Program-made: the position numbers and the translations under genes
From: Horticoccus luteus
GTDB taxonomy: Bacteria; Verrucomicrobiota; Verrucomicrobiia; Opitutales; Opitutaceae
Assembly (NCBI RefSeq): GCF_019464535.1
Contig: NZ_CP080507.1
Span: forward strand, 1,560,001 to 1,592,000
Length of the DNA: 32,000 nucleotides
Reading direction: 5' to 3'
Notes under the pieces: generated by a model
Database searches by the model: none
What the model was told of the DNA's origin: nothing
What the model saw: the letters and a program-made list of their open reading frames with translations, nothing else
In this document: positions 29,891 through 32,000 of the stretch, piece by piece
Numbering within the stretch: position 1 is the first letter of the stretch
How the letters are laid out: every line of letters begins with the position of its first letter

Positions 29891-32000
29891 ATGGCCGATC
29901 AAGACTCCACGCTCCAAATCCTCATCGACGTGCGCGCCCGCCTCGCCGCGATCGACGATTCGTTGCGCGGTCTCGGGCAGGTGGAAAAGGCCGCCGCCAA
30001 ATCCGGCGACGCGCTGCTGGAGCAGGGCAAAGCCGCCGCGGAGACCGGCGGCAAACTGCTCGACGCGGCCCAGCAGCAGACCGCGCTGGCGGAGGCATCG
30101 CGCGAGGCGACGAAGGGCGCCGAGGCGCAGCGCGATGCGCTGCACCAAACGACGCAACAGATCGCCGAAACGGCGGAGAAGATCGCGCAGACCGCGCACG
30201 AGCAAGTCGTGCTGCAGGGGGCGACGAAGGAGGCCGCCCAGGCGACCGCGGCGCAGGGTGCGGCGATCCAGCAGACCACCGCCCAGATCGCCACCACGAG
30301 CGAGCGCACGGCTGTGCTCACCGACAAGCTCCTGGAATCGCAGGAGGCTTTCCGCGTCGTGAAGGATGCCAGCACCTCCTTCACCGGGATGCTGCGCACC
30401 GGTCTCGGGATCGACCTCGCGCGGCGCGGTCTCGACCTGCTCGTTGGCACGCTCAAGGAAGCCGCCACGCACAGCTTCGAGGTGGCCGCCCAGCTCAAGG
30501 ACACCGCGACCAACATCGGAATATCGGTCGAAAGTTTCCAAGTGCTGCGCGACATGACGGTGAACGCGGGCGGCAGCGTGGAGGCCCTCACCGGTGCGCT
30601 CAACGACCAGCAGCGCAGCCTCGTGCAGGCCCGCAACGTCAACAGCGGCGCGGCCGCCGCCTATCGCCAGTTGAACCTCGATGCCGCGCGTCTCGCGAAC
30701 CTCCCGGTGGAGCGGCAATTCGAGCAGATCGCCTTCGCGATCTCACACGCGACCGATAAGCAGGCCGCCTATGCCGCGGCGTCGCAAATTCTCGGCACGC
30801 GCAATCTGCCGCAACTGCGGCAGGCGCTGCGCGACCTCGCGGTCGAAGGCTACGACAAGGTCAAGGAGAGCGCCGAGGGTGCGGGCCGCTTCATGTCGGC
30901 CGAGACCATCGCCCGGCTCGCGGCCGCCAAACAAGGGCTTGCCAATGGCAAAGACATCCTGACCGCCAAGATCGGCGAGGACTTCGCCTCGGCCCTGAAA
31001 TTCTTTGGCCAGGAAGTGACCGTGCCCCAGCCGGAGACGAAATCAGCCAAGGAAATCGATGCCGCCAAAAAGCAGGCGGAGCAGCGCGAGGCGCTGGCGG
31101 AGGCCACCGCCAAGCTCGCCAGCAACGAGCGCTCCCTCGCCGTCGCGCAGGCCGATGGCACTGCCGGCACCGCGGAGAAAGACTTCACGATTCTCGCGCA
31201 CCTCGCGCAGCAGAAGACGCTCCTCGAACAGATCGTGGCACTGCGCGAGGCCATGCCGCTGGCCATCGAGGATGCCGAGACCGAACCGAAGCGCGCCGAC
31301 GAAATCGACGCCTTGCGTGCGCGCATCCGCGCCCTCCAAAACGAAATTCAGGCGCGCAATGGCGTCGGACCGACGGCCTTCGACCAGCGCAAAGAAAAAT
31401 TTCGCGCCTTCAACGAACCGACCCCGTTTACGACGGCCACGAATCGGGACCCGCGACTCAACGCCAGCGAAGGCGTGGCAGCCGGCGCGATGGACTGGGT
31501 GTCCTCGCTCGGTTCGCAGGGCGATCAGGTGGCAGCCGCCATGCAGTCGAGCATCGGCGCCACGGTGCAGAGCATCAGCGAAGGCATTTACGGCTGGATC
31601 ACGGGGACCGAAAGCTTTGGCGATGCGATGATGAATCTGGGCAGCACGATCCTGCAAACGATGCTGCAGACGATCATCCAGATGGGGGTGCAATGGCTGA
31701 TCAACGCCGTGCTCATCAAGACGGGGATGATCTCGATCGAGGCGACGGGCGATGCGTTGCGCACCGCGCGCGTGGTCAAGGAAAATGCCGCTGAAGTGGC
31801 CACGCTGCCGGCCAAAACGGCCGGCGCGGCGGCCTCCGGCATCTCCAGCTACGGCGTGGCGCTGGCTTTTGGCGCACTGGCGATCGCCGTCGTGCTCGGA
31901 GCGATGAGCATGTTCGATACGGGCGGCTACACCGGCGATGGTGGCGTGAAGGAGATCGCGGGTATCGCGCACAGAGGTGAGGTGATTTTCTCCCAAGACG
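29891..32000 (+). CDS. tail tape-measure protein, C-terminal end beyond the window
   Basis: The frame is open from ATG 29891 to the window end (703 codons), so it is missing from the ORF track. Ala/Gln/Glu-rich helical N-part, hydrophobic segments (IIQMGVQWLINAVLI and GVALAFGALAIAVVLGAM) and GIAHRGEVIFSQ typical of TMPs. Directly follows the chaperone pair. Confidence 0.85.
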   Translation, partial: MADQDSTLQILIDVRARLAAIDDSLRGLGQVEKAAAKSGDALLEQGKAAAETGGKLLDAAQQQTALAEASREATKGAEAQRDALHQTTQQIAETAEKIAQTAHEQVVLQGATKEAAQATAAQGAAIQQTTAQIATTSERTAVLTDKLLESQEAFRVVKDASTSFTGMLRTGLGIDLARRGLDLLVGTLKEAATHSFEVAAQLKDTATNIGISVESFQVLRDMTVNAGGSVEALTGALNDQQRSLVQARNVNSGAAAAYRQLNLDAARLANLPVERQFEQIAFAISHATDKQAAYAAASQILGTRNLPQLRQALRDLAVEGYDKVKESAEGAGRFMSAETIARLAAAKQGLANGKDILTAKIGEDFASALKFFGQEVTVPQPETKSAKEIDAAKKQAEQREALAEATAKLASNERSLAVAQADGTAGTAEKDFTILAHLAQQKTLLEQIVALREAMPLAIEDAETEPKRADEIDALRARIRALQNEIQARNGVGPTAFDQRKEKFRAFNEPTPFTTATNRDPRLNASEGVAAGAMDWVSSLGSQGDQVAAAMQSSIGATVQSISEGIYGWITGTESFGDAMMNLGSTILQTMLQTIIQMGVQWLINAVLIKTGMISIEATGDALRTARVVKENAAEVATLPAKTAGAAASGISSYGVALAFGALAIAVVLGAMSMFDTGGYTGDGGVKEIAGIAHRGEVIFSQD

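Larger units (their letters stand above)
1..32000. mobile_element. Interior of a Mu-like transposable prophage. Early/transposition arm on the minus strand; immunity, accessory, lysis, head and tail arm on the plus strand. Neither phage end is in the window.
   Basis: Co-occurrence of Ner-like, MuA-like DDE transposase, MuB-like ATPase, Gam and GemA-like genes with Mu gp27-like TerS, DUF935-type portal, gpI-like protease, MuF-like protein and a tape-measure gene. Gene packing is continuous and phage-like, with no recognisable host genes. Confidence 0.85.

Noticed and set aside
29864-31996. Minus-strand ORFs 29864-30718, 29899-30642, 30850-31326 and 31043-31996
   Set aside because: All lie antisense to a single uninterrupted plus-strand frame (29891 to >32000) that has tape-measure features and is missing from the track only because it lacks a stop in the window.
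1-32000. CRISPR arrays, tRNA/rRNA genes, phage ends/att sites, IS elements
   Set aside because: No regularly spaced direct repeats, no cloverleaf-like or rRNA-like segments, and no terminal inverted repeats or junctions with host-like genes were seen. The window appears to be wholly internal to the prophage.

Overview
The whole 32-kb window lies inside one Mu-like transposable prophage in a high-G+C genome (roughly 65-70 % by eye) of Gram-negative type. No phage end, host gene, tRNA, rRNA or CRISPR array is visible. Layout: (i) 1-8888, minus strand: a tightly packed early operon in which almost every junction is an ATGA/GTGA stop-start overlap. It holds a Ner-like regulator, small ORFs, an excisionase-type HTH, a Zn-finger/DUF3102-like protein, a MuA-like DDE transposase (4836-6956), a MuB-like AAA+ ATPase (3530-4762), then small ORFs of the Mu semi-essential-region type including Gam (2212-2742), a small DPPH methyltransferase, a wHTH protein and a GemA/gp16-like gene that runs off the left edge. 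(ii) 8889-8969: an AT-richer divergent operator/promoter region, followed by an XRE-type repressor (8970-9575, +). (iii) 9572-12540: an accessory block on the repressor side with a tandem ribbon-helix-helix protein, a lipoprotein and a small TM protein. It ends in a lower-G+C, atypical-codon two-gene cassette with its own promoter-like site and a strong terminator (316-aa soluble protein + 175-aa four-TM protein, RexAB-like architecture). I consider this cassette the best candidate for an undescribed phage-exclusion/abortive-infection system. (iv) 12653-14725: a holin-like/spanin-like lysis block with no recognisable endolysin. (v) 14722-25863: TerS (Mu gp27-like), GpA-like TerL, DUF935-type portal, gpI-like protease/scaffold, decoration-like protein, major capsid, adaptor, an inserted Dam methylase, MuF-like protein, neck proteins and tail tube. 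(vi) 25868-29039: an unusual three-gene insertion (Ala/Pro-repeat protein, 658-aa tail-fibre-like protein with a Sec signal peptide, small exported protein). (vii) 29036-32000: tail chaperone G/GT (apparent -1 frameshift) and the tape-measure gene, which runs off the right edge (29891 to >32000) and is absent from the ORF track because it has no stop in the window. Many long track ORFs (e.g. 4911-8207 +, 15147-17186 -) are antisense shadow ORFs typical of high-G+C DNA. All functional calls come from reading translations by eye; no database search was possible.
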